Assembly: GCA_963793265.1 (NCBI GenBank)
Contig: CAWBZI010000002.1
Span: forward strand, 192,001-256,000
Direction: 5' to 3'
DNA length: 64,000 bases
From: an uncultured cyanobacterium
GTDB taxonomy: Bacteria; Cyanobacteriota; Cyanobacteriia; Phormidesmidales; Phormidesmidaceae
Within the stretch, counting starts at the first letter, position 1, and each line of letters opens with the position of its first letter. The notes beneath the pieces were generated by a model, which worked only from the letters and a program-made list of their open reading frames with translations, did not search any database and was not told the origin of the DNA. Position numbers and translations under genes: made by a program. This document shows, in pieces, positions 9,879-19,333 of this stretch.

Positions 9879-10439
9879 ATGGTTCAAGCGCCCTCTAAAA
9901 CGCTGACGTTACAAGAATTTCTGCAACTGCCAGAAACCAAACCCGCTAGCGAATACATCAACGGTTATATTATCAAAAAGCCTATGCCAAAGGGACGACA
10001 TAGCCGTTTACAAGGAAAACTCTGTGCCACTATCAACCAAGTCGCAGAGTCTGAGAAGATAGCTTATGCCTTCCCAGAATTACGATGTAGCTTTGGCGGG
10101 CGATCAATCGTACCCGATGTAGCAGTCTTTCGATGGGAACGTATTCCCTTTACACCTGAAGGAAACGTTCCTGATAACTTTAATCTTTCCCCCGACTGGA
10201 CGATTGAGATTCTTTCTCCTTACCAAAGACCTAACAAGGTGCTAGGCAATATTCTTCATTGTTTAGAGCACGGCAGTCACTTAGGCTGGTTCGTTGATCC
10301 AGATGACCTCAGCATTTTGTACTTACTACCGCAGCAACAGCCTGTACTCTGCCAAGGCAACCAACGCCTTCCCATCGTCCCTAACTTAGATCTGACGCTT
10401 ACCGTCGATCAGGTGTTTGGCTGGTTGAAGATGTCCTGA
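9879..10439 (+). CDS. Uma2-family putative endonuclease
   Basis: KPASEYING, PMP..HSRLQ, IVPDVAV, PDWTIEILSP. Confidence 0.9.
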   Translation: MVQAPSKTLTLQEFLQLPETKPASEYINGYIIKKPMPKGRHSRLQGKLCATINQVAESEKIAYAFPELRCSFGGRSIVPDVAVFRWERIPFTPEGNVPDNFNLSPDWTIEILSPYQRPNKVLGNILHCLEHGSHLGWFVDPDDLSILYLLPQQQPVLCQGNQRLPIVPNLDLTLTVDQVFGWLKMS

Positions 10440-10467
10440 CTTTCTATAACTTAAAAGAGAGCTTCGT

Positions 10468-11820
10468 TCATCGGGCGCGCTGGTAAGCTAGCTCTCCTAA
10501 AATATAGGTGGCCTGAACCGCGCGATCGTCTCCCATCATCATCAGTGAGAAAACGCGATCGGCAAGTTCAGTGAGTGTGCTGGGCGTAGTTGAAGCATTC
10601 CTAAAAGCCATAAGGGGAGTAGCCCGCGCGTCTAGTACGATAAAGTCTGCTGCTTTGCCGATTTCAAAGTTGCCGAGCGTATCTTCTAAACACAGCGCTC
10701 TTGCACCGCCTAAGGTAGCTAAAAACAAAGCTTTGAAAGGCGATAGCTTTTGCTGGCGTAGCTGCGCGACCTTGTAGGCTTCGTTAGCAGTTTGCAACAT
10801 TGAAAAGCTAGTGCCAGCGCCCACATCTGTACCTAAGCCTACTTTCACCGGATACTCTGCTGATTTTGCCTGTTCGATTTTGAAGAGGCCGCTGCCGAGG
10901 AATAAATTTGAAGTGGGGCAAAAGGCGATCGCACTCCCTGCCTCTGAAAGCCGCTGAAACTCAGAGTCGGTCAAATGAATACCATGCGCAAACACACAGC
11001 GCTCCCTCACCAGTCCAGCCTGGTCGTACGCATCTAAATAACCCTCGCACTCCGGGAACAGCTCTTTTACCCACGCCACCTCATCCACGTTTTCAGAAAT
11101 ATGCGTGTGCATATACACATCTGGAAACTCTTCAAGCAGCTCTCCAGCTTTGCGCAGTTGTTCATTCGTAGAAGTAATAGCAAAACGCGGTGTCACGGCA
11201 TAGCGTAAACGACCCCTCTTATGCCATTTTTGAATAAGTGCTTTTGTCTCGTGATAAGAAGCATCAGCGCTATCACAAAGAAAGTCCGGGGCATTGCGAT
11301 CCATCATCACCTTGCCCGCAATCATGCAAAGGTTGCGACGCTCAGCAGCTTCAAAAAAAGCCTCTACAGACTGCGGAAACACGGCTGCAAACACTAGCGC
11401 CGTGGTCGTGCCGTTGCTCAGCAGTTGGTCTAAAAAAATCTCCGCTACCTTTTGAGCATACGCCTCATCTTGAAACTTACCTTCGACCGGAAAAACATAC
11501 TGCTCTAGCCACTCCAGCAGTTGTTCCCCATAGGCCGCAATTATCTCGGTTTGGGGATAGTGAATGTGTGTGTCAATAAACCCCGGCATAATCAGCCGCT
11601 CGTCATAAACTGTCGTTGGAATGTCTCCATAGTCACTGTGTAAGTCGGCGTAGGCTCCGAATGCTTTTATTTTGCCGTCTTCGATGACAAGCAGCCCGTC
11701 TTGCAGGTAGCGAGCGCTTTCTTCTTCGGGTGCATAAAAAGGGTCGTCCACAAAGTCTAAGAATGCTCCGCGAATAGCGCTTAAACGGGGCTGATTGGGT
11801 TGACTTTGTGGAGAAGACAT
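10468..11820 (-). CDS. guaD: Guanine deaminase
   Basis: PGFIDTHIHYPQ, LLEWLE, TPRFA, HTHISEN, HGIHL, CPTSN, GTDVGAG. Confidence 0.95.
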   Translation of the reverse strand: MSSPQSQPNQPRLSAIRGAFLDFVDDPFYAPEEESARYLQDGLLVIEDGKIKAFGAYADLHSDYGDIPTTVYDERLIMPGFIDTHIHYPQTEIIAAYGEQLLEWLEQYVFPVEGKFQDEAYAQKVAEIFLDQLLSNGTTTALVFAAVFPQSVEAFFEAAERRNLCMIAGKVMMDRNAPDFLCDSADASYHETKALIQKWHKRGRLRYAVTPRFAITSTNEQLRKAGELLEEFPDVYMHTHISENVDEVAWVKELFPECEGYLDAYDQAGLVRERCVFAHGIHLTDSEFQRLSEAGSAIAFCPTSNLFLGSGLFKIEQAKSAEYPVKVGLGTDVGAGTSFSMLQTANEAYKVAQLRQQKLSPFKALFLATLGGARALCLEDTLGNFEIGKAADFIVLDARATPLMAFRNASTTPSTLTELADRVFSLMMMGDDRAVQATYILGELAYQRAR

Positions 11821-11857
11821 ACTCGAAGAACTTCTAATTGTGATAGAAAGACATTAA

Positions 11858-13294
11858 CTACCCAAATCGTAGTGCCTCGAATGCAAATCGGAAAATAAAG
11901 ATGGCAGCGAGCACCCAGGTAATGATCGGGATCTCACGAGAGCGCCCAGCAGCTAGCTTGGTGAAGGGGTAGAGAATCATGCCTGCTGATAACCCGGCGG
12001 CAATAGAGAAGCCTAGCGGAATAAAGAACATGGTGACAAAGGCCGGGATAGCCTCTGTTAGATCGCCCCAGCGAATGCTAGAGACAGCAGACATCATCAG
12101 CACGCCAACAATTAGCAGCGCCGGTGCTGTTGCAAAGGCGGGAACTGCTTCAAAAATAGGAACAAACAATAGGGCAATCACGAACATAACAGCAGCGACA
12201 ACAGCGGTCAGCCCAGTGCGGCCACCTTCAGAAACGCCTGCTGCTGATTCTGCAAAGGTAGTGACGGTAGACGTGCCCATGATGGCTCCGGCTGTAGTGG
12301 CGATCGCATCTGCCGAAAGCGCCTGATTAGCCCGAGGCAGCTCACCCCGCTCGTCAATATAGCCCGCCTGCGTGCCCACACCCATCAGCGTCCCAATCGT
12401 GTCGAACATATCGACAAACAAGAAGACAAGTAGCACTGCTAGAAAATCGATAATATTGCCGCCGTTGATACCGCCAAGCCCCACAAATGCTTGGCCGAAG
12501 AGATTAGATGGAAATGCTGGAATCGCCGCAATGCCGGTAGGAGCCTGAGCGACGCCAAACATCCAGCCTAAAATAGCCGTACCGCCAATGCCCCAAAGCA
12601 GAGCGCCTTTAATGCGCCTGATGATGAAAAATGCCGAAAGCAAGATACCGAAAGTCGCCAACAAAGTAGCCGGTTCTGTAAAGCTACCAAAAGCGGTCTT
12701 CGTCACCTCGTTAGCTACAATGAGCCCTGCACCCCCAATTGCCGGATCGCCACTCAGACCGATGTAGGCCAAGAACATGCCAATTCCTACCGTTGTAGAA
12801 GCTTTAATACACTCAGGAACCGCCGCAATCAAGTGGCGGCGAACATCTGTGACGGTGAGCGCTATAAAAATAATTCCCTCAATCAGCACTGCCGCCAAGG
12901 CAACTCGCCATTCAATACCTAAGCCCAATACAACAGAGTAGGCAAAAAAGGCGTTGGTGCCCATACCCGGTGCTTGCACGAACGGATATTTGGCATAAAG
13001 CCCCATGACTAAGCTGCCAATCGCAGCCGTAATCCCGGTAACAACAACTAACTCTCTAAATAAGTCGCCCGACTCTTGTAAAAAAACGGCATCTGACATG
13101 ATCAGCGGATGCACTACTAAAATGTAGGCCATGGTCATAAAGGTCGTTAACCCAGCCAGTATCTCGGTGCGAAAGTCTGTTTTGTGATAGTCGAAGTCGA
13201 AGTACTTAGCGACTTTCGCCTGCCATCCCGAATAGCGTGGTGGCGGCGACGATTGAGGTGGCTTGGGCTGAAGTTCTACGTTAGTTTGGCTCAT
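11858..13294 (-). CDS. NCS2 AzgA-like purine (guanine/hypoxanthine/adenine) permease
   Basis: AGLTTFMTMAYI, APGMG, DMFDTIGT, ESAAG..GGRTGLTA. Confidence 0.92.
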   Translation of the reverse strand: MSQTNVELQPKPPQSSPPPRYSGWQAKVAKYFDFDYHKTDFRTEILAGLTTFMTMAYILVVHPLIMSDAVFLQESGDLFRELVVVTGITAAIGSLVMGLYAKYPFVQAPGMGTNAFFAYSVVLGLGIEWRVALAAVLIEGIIFIALTVTDVRRHLIAAVPECIKASTTVGIGMFLAYIGLSGDPAIGGAGLIVANEVTKTAFGSFTEPATLLATFGILLSAFFIIRRIKGALLWGIGGTAILGWMFGVAQAPTGIAAIPAFPSNLFGQAFVGLGGINGGNIIDFLAVLLVFLFVDMFDTIGTLMGVGTQAGYIDERGELPRANQALSADAIATTAGAIMGTSTVTTFAESAAGVSEGGRTGLTAVVAAVMFVIALLFVPIFEAVPAFATAPALLIVGVLMMSAVSSIRWGDLTEAIPAFVTMFFIPLGFSIAAGLSAGMILYPFTKLAAGRSREIPIITWVLAAIFIFRFAFEALRFG

Positions 13295-13392
13295 GAAGGT
13301 TTCCTAGAGAGACAGTGCTTCATAAATGACACGCAAAATCTAAAAGATTAGGTGTTCAAATTAAGGTCGTAAATGTAAATAGGATTCTCAAG

Positions 13393-13434
13393 ACTCTACC
13401 GAGCGACATCCACTCGATTTGTTACATAGATCAC
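13393..13434 (-). promoter_or_regulatory. Imperfect NtcA-type promoter GTG-N8-AAC-N22-TAGAGT for permease-guaD
   Basis: Canonical spacing but degenerate box. Confidence 0.35.
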
Positions 13435-13449
13435 AATACCTATAGCAAA

Positions 13450-13481
13450 GCGACTTCTAGATGCATAGATCTAGAAGTCGC
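13450..13481 (-). terminator. Intrinsic terminator-like hairpin
   Basis: GCGACTTCTAGAT-N6-ATCTAGAAGTCGC, followed by TTTG on the minus strand, downstream of two small ORFs. Confidence 0.6.
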
Positions 13482-13509
13482 CTGATTGATGAAAATAAAG
13501 GGGCCTAGC

Positions 13510-13737
13510 TCAGTAGAGTCTGTCTAGCCAGTCACGCTGTTCTTCGCATTGAGGTAGGTAAAGATACAGCCTGGCTTTAGCACCATATCTGTCTTTGGCT
13601 AAAGGTGTGGGGGACTGTTCGGAGGGCTGTGGGTGGTGCACCATGAAGGTCTTAACGGCTTCATAGAGGCTCCGAAGCGAGTGACTTAGCGCCTTCTGAT
13701 GTTGAGAGGATGAATCGAAGTGAGAATTGCTTTGCAC
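13510..13737 (-). CDS. Small hypothetical protein
   Basis: 75-aa ORF followed by terminator hairpin. Confidence 0.45.
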   Translation of the reverse strand: MQSNSHFDSSSQHQKALSHSLRSLYEAVKTFMVHHPQPSEQSPTPLAKDRYGAKARLYLYLPQCEEQRDWLDRLY

Positions 13738-13784
13738 GATCTAGCCTGAAAATGAAACTGTATACTTTCGCTGTTGAGACTTCC

Positions 13785-13979
13785 TTAGTTATAAAAGGAC
13801 TTCGCTGCCGACATCGCTAATAGCTGCTGAGTTGTCCAGCCTGCTTTGTGAGCTGCGCGTTTGTTATCGGCACTCATTGCACCGACGCCGTATGCACTTT
13901 CGAGCACTTTGCCCAGGCTGAGGCGCTGAGCGATTTGGGTGAAGGCATGGCGAGAAGTGTTGCTTGCAGTGTTTTTCAT
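13785..13979 (-). CDS. Small hypothetical protein
   Basis: 64-aa ORF with AAGGA RBS and promoter-like upstream region. Confidence 0.55.
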   Translation of the reverse strand: MKNTASNTSRHAFTQIAQRLSLGKVLESAYGVGAMSADNKRAAHKAGWTTQQLLAMSAAKSFYN

Positions 13980-14131
13980 AGGGTTTTGCTTTCCTTAAGA
14001 GAGACTTCTTTGAACATCTTTATAATAGAAAACCGTAGCGTATGATACCAAAAGTAGCTCGCATCTTATACATGCGAGCTACTCATGGGTAAATATTCCT
14101 TTAGAAAGTGCTTAGAGCCTTCTATACCCAG

Positions 14132-16054
14132 CTAGAACCCAAACTGAGCCTGAAGGTTGAACACGTAAAGATCTGGGTTATCCCCAAAGTTATTCACGTT
14201 ATTAATCCAATAAACCGATGGAATGACCGCAAAATTCGGGCTTACCGGATACCGATAAGAGACTTCTATTTCTTCTTGCACAGCGCCGTCACCGCTACCG
14301 GAGGCCAAAAAGCTGCTGCCACTGAGTACGTCAAACGGCTGCACGTAAGAGATATTGCCCTGGGCTCCTGCTTTAAACAAATCGGGAAACGCCAGGCCAA
14401 CCTGAACAGATTGAGCATTAATGGTGCCATCTTCTAAACCATCGTCTGTAGGAAAAAGGTTGGTGCTGCCGTAGCTGTAGCGACCAAACAAGCCAAATCC
14501 TTTGGTAATGAGCCAGTCGAAGTTGAATAGAAATGTGTCGGCAGTGGCGATGTTTAAGGGCCCACCGAAGCCGTCATCTGCAAAGCCGTAGATAGGCTCG
14601 CTGATTGCGCCGCCGACAAAGCCTGCTGCGTTCGGCTCTAAGTTGCTGCGGGTGTACAAGAACCTCAAGTTAAGATTGTCTGTGGGATAAACGCCCACTT
14701 GCCCAGTTAGCGTTGTGGTGCCATCAAAGAGGCCATTTTTGCTAGAACTTCGTGGCCCCAGCAAAAACTCTGTGTTCTCCGCTAAGTAGCCCACGCGAAA
14801 GTCTAGCCAGTCTGCAACTTCCCACTCAGCCACTAATCCCGCGCCGCGATCGACCGCGTTTGCCTGGGTGCTGCCGCTAGAGTTGAAGCTGTTGGCTCCG
14901 GTGCCAAAGAAAGTAAAGCGGTTACCGTCGAAGTGTCGGTACCAGTTGATGGCAGGGCCGATGGTGAAGGCTAGCTTGTCGCTGACTGGAAAAGAGTAAA
15001 ACACTTCTCGAACGATGATGTTGTCTTCGCCAATGGTGCCGGTCTGTAGTGTAAACGGCGTACCAAACGTGTTGAACAAACCTGCTGATCCGTAAAAGTT
15101 GGCAGGGCCAGAGCCATCGCCGCTGACAAGCTGAATTTGAAGCCTGTCTTCTCCGGTGAAAGAGGTGCCGAAGTTTATCCAGGTGTAGTAGCTAAAGGTT
15201 GGCTCAGGGTCTTCGGTGATGGTTCTGACGATGGGTTCATTTGTATCGGGGTCGCGAGCAGGGGCAAATACGTTAATGCCCTCTGCAAGTACGTCGCCGC
15301 TGGCGGTGGCATAGTCGAGGTGGGTGTAGAGCTGAACGCTGAGCTTGGTAGTAGTTGAGAACTGATTGGCTTCTAGTAGAGCAACGTCAGATTCTAGGGT
15401 GTCTACTTGCGATCGCACTCTCACCAGCTCCGCCGCAAAATCCTCCTGCAACCGCCGTAGATCTTCTGGATTACTGTCTCCGCCATCCAGCTGAATCACT
15501 ACGTCTAAACAGGCGTTTAGCCCCGCCGCAAACTCATAGCGAGTCAGCGCCCGATTGCCGCGAAAGCTGCCGTCTGGATAGCCTTCTAAGCAGCCATATT
15601 CTTCCACTAATCGCTGGAGCGCCGTATAGGCCCAGTCGCTAGGCTGCACGTCTGATAGCTCCGATACGCTGGTCACCTGAGCCAGTTCAGGCGTCTCGTT
15701 TGCTGTGGTTTCAAGCTCAGGATCACTCGTTAGGTCGCTAGCTGCTACCGCCTCAAGCCCTGTCTCTACCGCCTCTGCTGCTCTCTCTACCGTCTGTTCG
15801 TCAGCAGAAACTACGTCTTCAACAGACTCCTCAACGTCTACTTCCTCAGCTATTCCATCAATGGCTATTGTCTGAACCAGCTCTACTGATTCGCGCTCAG
15901 CCTCCAATCGCTCGGCAGTGATCGTACCTTCGGTCGCGATCGCCTCTCCTACGCCTATCCCTATACAAGCGCCCAAAGCCCCCACGTTAACCAGCAGCCT
16001 GCACAAAAAGACAGAGACTCTGCGAGTCTTGCATACCACATTGTTCTTTTGCAT
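14132..16054 (-). CDS. SLH-domain OprB-family cyanobacterial outer-membrane porin
   Basis: AQVTSVSELSDVQPSDWAY..LVEEYGC..TRYEFAAGLNAC; QFSTTTKL; terminal Phe. Confidence 0.93.
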   Translation of the reverse strand: MQKNNVVCKTRRVSVFLCRLLVNVGALGACIGIGVGEAIATEGTITAERLEAERESVELVQTIAIDGIAEEVDVEESVEDVVSADEQTVERAAEAVETGLEAVAASDLTSDPELETTANETPELAQVTSVSELSDVQPSDWAYTALQRLVEEYGCLEGYPDGSFRGNRALTRYEFAAGLNACLDVVIQLDGGDSNPEDLRRLQEDFAAELVRVRSQVDTLESDVALLEANQFSTTTKLSVQLYTHLDYATASGDVLAEGINVFAPARDPDTNEPIVRTITEDPEPTFSYYTWINFGTSFTGEDRLQIQLVSGDGSGPANFYGSAGLFNTFGTPFTLQTGTIGEDNIIVREVFYSFPVSDKLAFTIGPAINWYRHFDGNRFTFFGTGANSFNSSGSTQANAVDRGAGLVAEWEVADWLDFRVGYLAENTEFLLGPRSSSKNGLFDGTTTLTGQVGVYPTDNLNLRFLYTRSNLEPNAAGFVGGAISEPIYGFADDGFGGPLNIATADTFLFNFDWLITKGFGLFGRYSYGSTNLFPTDDGLEDGTINAQSVQVGLAFPDLFKAGAQGNISYVQPFDVLSGSSFLASGSGDGAVQEEIEVSYRYPVSPNFAVIPSVYWINNVNNFGDNPDLYVFNLQAQFGF

Positions 16055-16179
16055 CGTAATTTCTCACACCTTTGTAGAAGCCCTCTAGCCGCAGCGATTA
16101 TGCAGGGCATTAGAGGACTATAGAACTTTCATCAAACGTAAATACTAAAACGCCGTAACGGCTATGCTTTTAGCGTTGG

Positions 16180-17589
16180 CTACTCTCTTGCGCCTGGCAG
16201 CACCATGTTCAGCACCAGCGCTGTTAGCCCGCCCGTGCTGATACCTGAAGAAAAAATGCTCTTAACTAGGGTCGGCATCTTGTCTAAAGCATCGGGTACT
16301 ACGCTCACGCCCAAGCCCAATCCAATCGACACCGCTAGAATAATCGAAGCTCTTTTGTCTAAATTGACCGTCGAGATAATTTTGATGCCAGCGACCGCCA
16401 CCGTGCCAAACATGATGATAGTGGCCCCGCCTAATACCGGCTGCGGAATGGTTTGAAACAGACCGGCAATCACAGGTACCAGGCCGAGAATAACAAACAC
16501 GCCTGCAATGAAAAAACCGACATAGCGACTGCCGATGCCCGTAAGCTGGATGACGCCGTTGTTTTGGCTGAAGGTTGTGTTTGGGAAAGTGTTGAAAATA
16601 GCAGCGATCGCTGAATTAACCCCGTCTCCTAAAATCCCGCCTTGAATGCGATCAAAATACTTTTTGCCCGCAATCGGCTGGCCCGTCAAAAGCGAGGTCG
16701 CCGTTAAATCGCCAGTAGACTCGATGGTTGTAATCAAAAACAAAAACGCAAAGGGAATAAAAGCTGCAATATTAAAGCCAAATCCGTAGCGGAAAGGAAT
16801 TGGGACAGTAAAAGCAGGCAACCCCGCTAGATTACTGAAGTTCACCAGGCCCATCGGAATTGCAACAATGTAGCCGACTAACAAACCAATTGCCACTGAA
16901 GACATTCTCAAAAACGTGTTGTTGACGCTATTTAAGACCACAATAATGGCCAGAACCAAGCCCGCTAGCAAGAGATAAGCAGGGCTGCCAAACGTCTCGT
17001 CGGCTCTAGCTGCAAAGCCACCCGCCATACTGGTAATGCCCACATTAATCAGCGTTAGGCCAATGAGGGTGACCACAATACCCGTCACTAAAGGCGTCAC
17101 AATTCGGCTAGCAAACTGAATAAACCGGCTCAAAAACATTTCAATAAATGAGCCAAAAAAGCAAAGGCCAAAGATAGTACCTAGCGCCTCTTGAGGCGTA
17201 CCGCCTGCGCCCGTAACCGCTGCTCCGGCTGCAATAATCGGGCCGATAAAAGCAAAGCTAGTGCCCTGAACGCTCAATAGTCCTGAGCCAATAGGGCCGA
17301 CTCTTTTCGCCTGAATAAACGTTGCAATGCCCGAGACAAACAAAGACATACTTACTAAATAAGCACTGTCAGCAGGCGGCAGTTGAAGGGCTCCAGAGAT
17401 AATGAGTGCGGGCGTGATGATGCCGACAAAGCAAGCAAAAACGTGTTGAACGGCGGCAAAAATAGACTCACGAACCGGAGGTCTATCTTCTAACCCATAG
17501 ATTAGCCCAAGTTCGGCAGCCGTCTGCGGCACGGCTGCTCCCATTTCAGACGTTATCGGTTCATTCGTTATTATTTCAGGGTTACTCAT
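16180..17589 (-). CDS. NCS2 NAT-family xanthine/urate permease
   Basis: QH motif; QGTSF; ESTGD; NAT signature FSQNNGVIQLTG; PVLGGA. Confidence 0.93.
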   Translation of the reverse strand: MSNPEIITNEPITSEMGAAVPQTAAELGLIYGLEDRPPVRESIFAAVQHVFACFVGIITPALIISGALQLPPADSAYLVSMSLFVSGIATFIQAKRVGPIGSGLLSVQGTSFAFIGPIIAAGAAVTGAGGTPQEALGTIFGLCFFGSFIEMFLSRFIQFASRIVTPLVTGIVVTLIGLTLINVGITSMAGGFAARADETFGSPAYLLLAGLVLAIIVVLNSVNNTFLRMSSVAIGLLVGYIVAIPMGLVNFSNLAGLPAFTVPIPFRYGFGFNIAAFIPFAFLFLITTIESTGDLTATSLLTGQPIAGKKYFDRIQGGILGDGVNSAIAAIFNTFPNTTFSQNNGVIQLTGIGSRYVGFFIAGVFVILGLVPVIAGLFQTIPQPVLGGATIIMFGTVAVAGIKIISTVNLDKRASIILAVSIGLGLGVSVVPDALDKMPTLVKSIFSSGISTGGLTALVLNMVLPGARE

Positions 17590-17660
17590 AGCAGATGATT
17601 CCTAAACACAAGGGGCTCTCGATCATGTAAGAGCACGACGACAACACGGATAGAATAGCG

Positions 17661-17670
17661 TTGTATACAA
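17661..17670. promoter_or_regulatory. TTGTATACAA palindrome, putative FCD-type GntR operator (site 1)
   Basis: Identical copies at 24537 and 49230. Confidence 0.65.
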
Positions 17671-17679
17671 TCTTGTCTG

Positions 17680-17721
17680 AGAGTAGTATGAGAAAAACTA
17701 TAGAAAGGTATTGAACGATAC
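17680..17721 (-). promoter_or_regulatory. NtcA-activated promoter GTA-N8-TAC-N22-TACTCT
   Basis: Box at 17708-17721, -10 at 17680-17685. Confidence 0.75.
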
Positions 17722-17741
17722 ACGATCCAAATTAATTAAGA

Positions 17742-18116
17742 TCAGCTTCCGCGATAGGTACTGTACGACCACGGCGAAACGAGCAACGGAACGTGATAGT
17801 GAGCTTCTATATCTGCAATGCCAAAGCGAATAGGTATGAGATTTAAGAAAGGGTGCGATAGGGATAGAGACGCATCGGCTTTGGAGAAATAATCTCCAAC
17901 CGCGAAAACAATTTCGTAGGTTCCCAACTGAAAATCTTCGCCTTTTAACAGCGGGGAGTCCGTGCGGCCATCTTGATTTGTTCTTACTGTTTTAAGCAAG
18001 CGGCGGTTGGTTTCTTGTTTGTTTTCAGAAGTATCTAGCTGCCATAGCGTCAGCTCTATATTCGCTGCCGGGGTGCCATTTGCGGTATCGAGAACGTGTG
18101 TTGATAGCCAGCCCAT
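17742..18116 (-). CDS. uraH: 5-hydroxyisourate hydrolase
   Basis: LSTHVLD, DGRTD, HYHVPLL, terminal YRGS. Confidence 0.96.
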   Translation of the reverse strand: MGWLSTHVLDTANGTPAANIELTLWQLDTSENKQETNRRLLKTVRTNQDGRTDSPLLKGEDFQLGTYEIVFAVGDYFSKADASLSLSHPFLNLIPIRFGIADIEAHYHVPLLVSPWSYSTYRGS

Positions 18117-18123
18117 AAATTTT

Positions 18124-19287
18124 CTACCCCAGAGGCCCCGCCGAGATAATCTTCTCTAGTGCCCCAATCACCGCGTCAGCGTCTTCATGTCGAAGCTGAG
18201 CATACCAGTCTTTTGTCATTTCCTCATCTTTTCCATAAATCGTATCGGTACGCTTACGCGCTTTTAGCACCAGATCAGCCGTCCGCGACTTGCGCGCTTT
18301 CTCATAGCGTAATAAAGCATCTTCTACACTAATGTTGGTTGTCACCAAAGTCCGAGAGAGTACCAGGGCATCTTCCATCGCCTGACAGCCGCCCTGACCC
18401 AGGGTTGGCGTCGTCGCGTGAGCCGAGTCGCCTAGCACTGCAATCCGTCCTTTTACCAACCGCTCCGGCGGGTCAATATCGCAAATCTCAATGCGGTTTG
18501 TCTTTGTCGGATCGAGGGCCTTAATCAAAGATTGAACCGCCTCAGGCCAGCCTTCAAAGTGTTGAAATAGCTCCTCACGGCGGTCTTCAGGCGCGGTTTG
18601 AGAGCCTTCTGCCATGGGTACCCCAAAAAAGAAGTAGAAGCGATCGCCCGCCACCGGCATCATCGAAGCCCGCTTACCATCGCCCACATACAGCACCCAG
18701 TTGTCGGCATCGCACAGCACCGGGTCAGCGTCCACCAGCCCATTCCAGTTCACATAGCCCGCATAGCGCAAATCTATTGGCTTGCCCAGCACGTGGGCGC
18801 GCGTAATCGAATGAATCCCATCGGCTCCAATCAATACGTCTCCTGTTGCACTGCTGCCGTCTTCAAAAAATGCGGTTGCACTGTTCTCATCCTGTTTTAC
18901 TGACGTACACTTCATACCCAAACGTACCTCATCTTCGCCAAATGCCTCTAGCAGCATCTTTTGCAGGTCAGTTCGCGCCACCGGATACGGCCTTTGCCCG
19001 ACTTTTTCAAACAGCGGCTCCAGTGGAATATTCGTCAATCGCTCATCTTGATGGCTGCGATATTCCATCCGGTTCATCTGCCCGCCAATCGCCGCCATCT
19101 CACGGCCTAATCCCAGTTGATTAAGCACCTTAACACCGTTAGACCAAAGCGAAATCCCAGCGCCCGCCGGACGAAGTTCGCGCACCCGATCGTAAATCTC
19201 AACGCTGTAGCCTAGCTGTTTGAGCGCGATGCCAGTAGTGAGTCCGCCGATTCCGGCACCGATAATAATGACTTTGAGATCGTACAC
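18124..19287 (-). CDS. hpxO: FAD-dependent urate hydroxylase
   Basis: [41 protein letters not shown]; adjacent to uraH. Confidence 0.9.
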   Translation of the reverse strand: MYDLKVIIIGAGIGGLTTGIALKQLGYSVEIYDRVRELRPAGAGISLWSNGVKVLNQLGLGREMAAIGGQMNRMEYRSHQDERLTNIPLEPLFEKVGQRPYPVARTDLQKMLLEAFGEDEVRLGMKCTSVKQDENSATAFFEDGSSATGDVLIGADGIHSITRAHVLGKPIDLRYAGYVNWNGLVDADPVLCDADNWVLYVGDGKRASMMPVAGDRFYFFFGVPMAEGSQTAPEDRREELFQHFEGWPEAVQSLIKALDPTKTNRIEICDIDPPERLVKGRIAVLGDSAHATTPTLGQGGCQAMEDALVLSRTLVTTNISVEDALLRYEKARKSRTADLVLKARKRTDTIYGKDEEMTKDWYAQLRHEDADAVIGALEKIISAGPLG

Positions 19288-19333
19288 AGTGAAGGGGGCT
19301 CCGTAGGTGCTTGGCTGTTATGTTAGCGCCATG

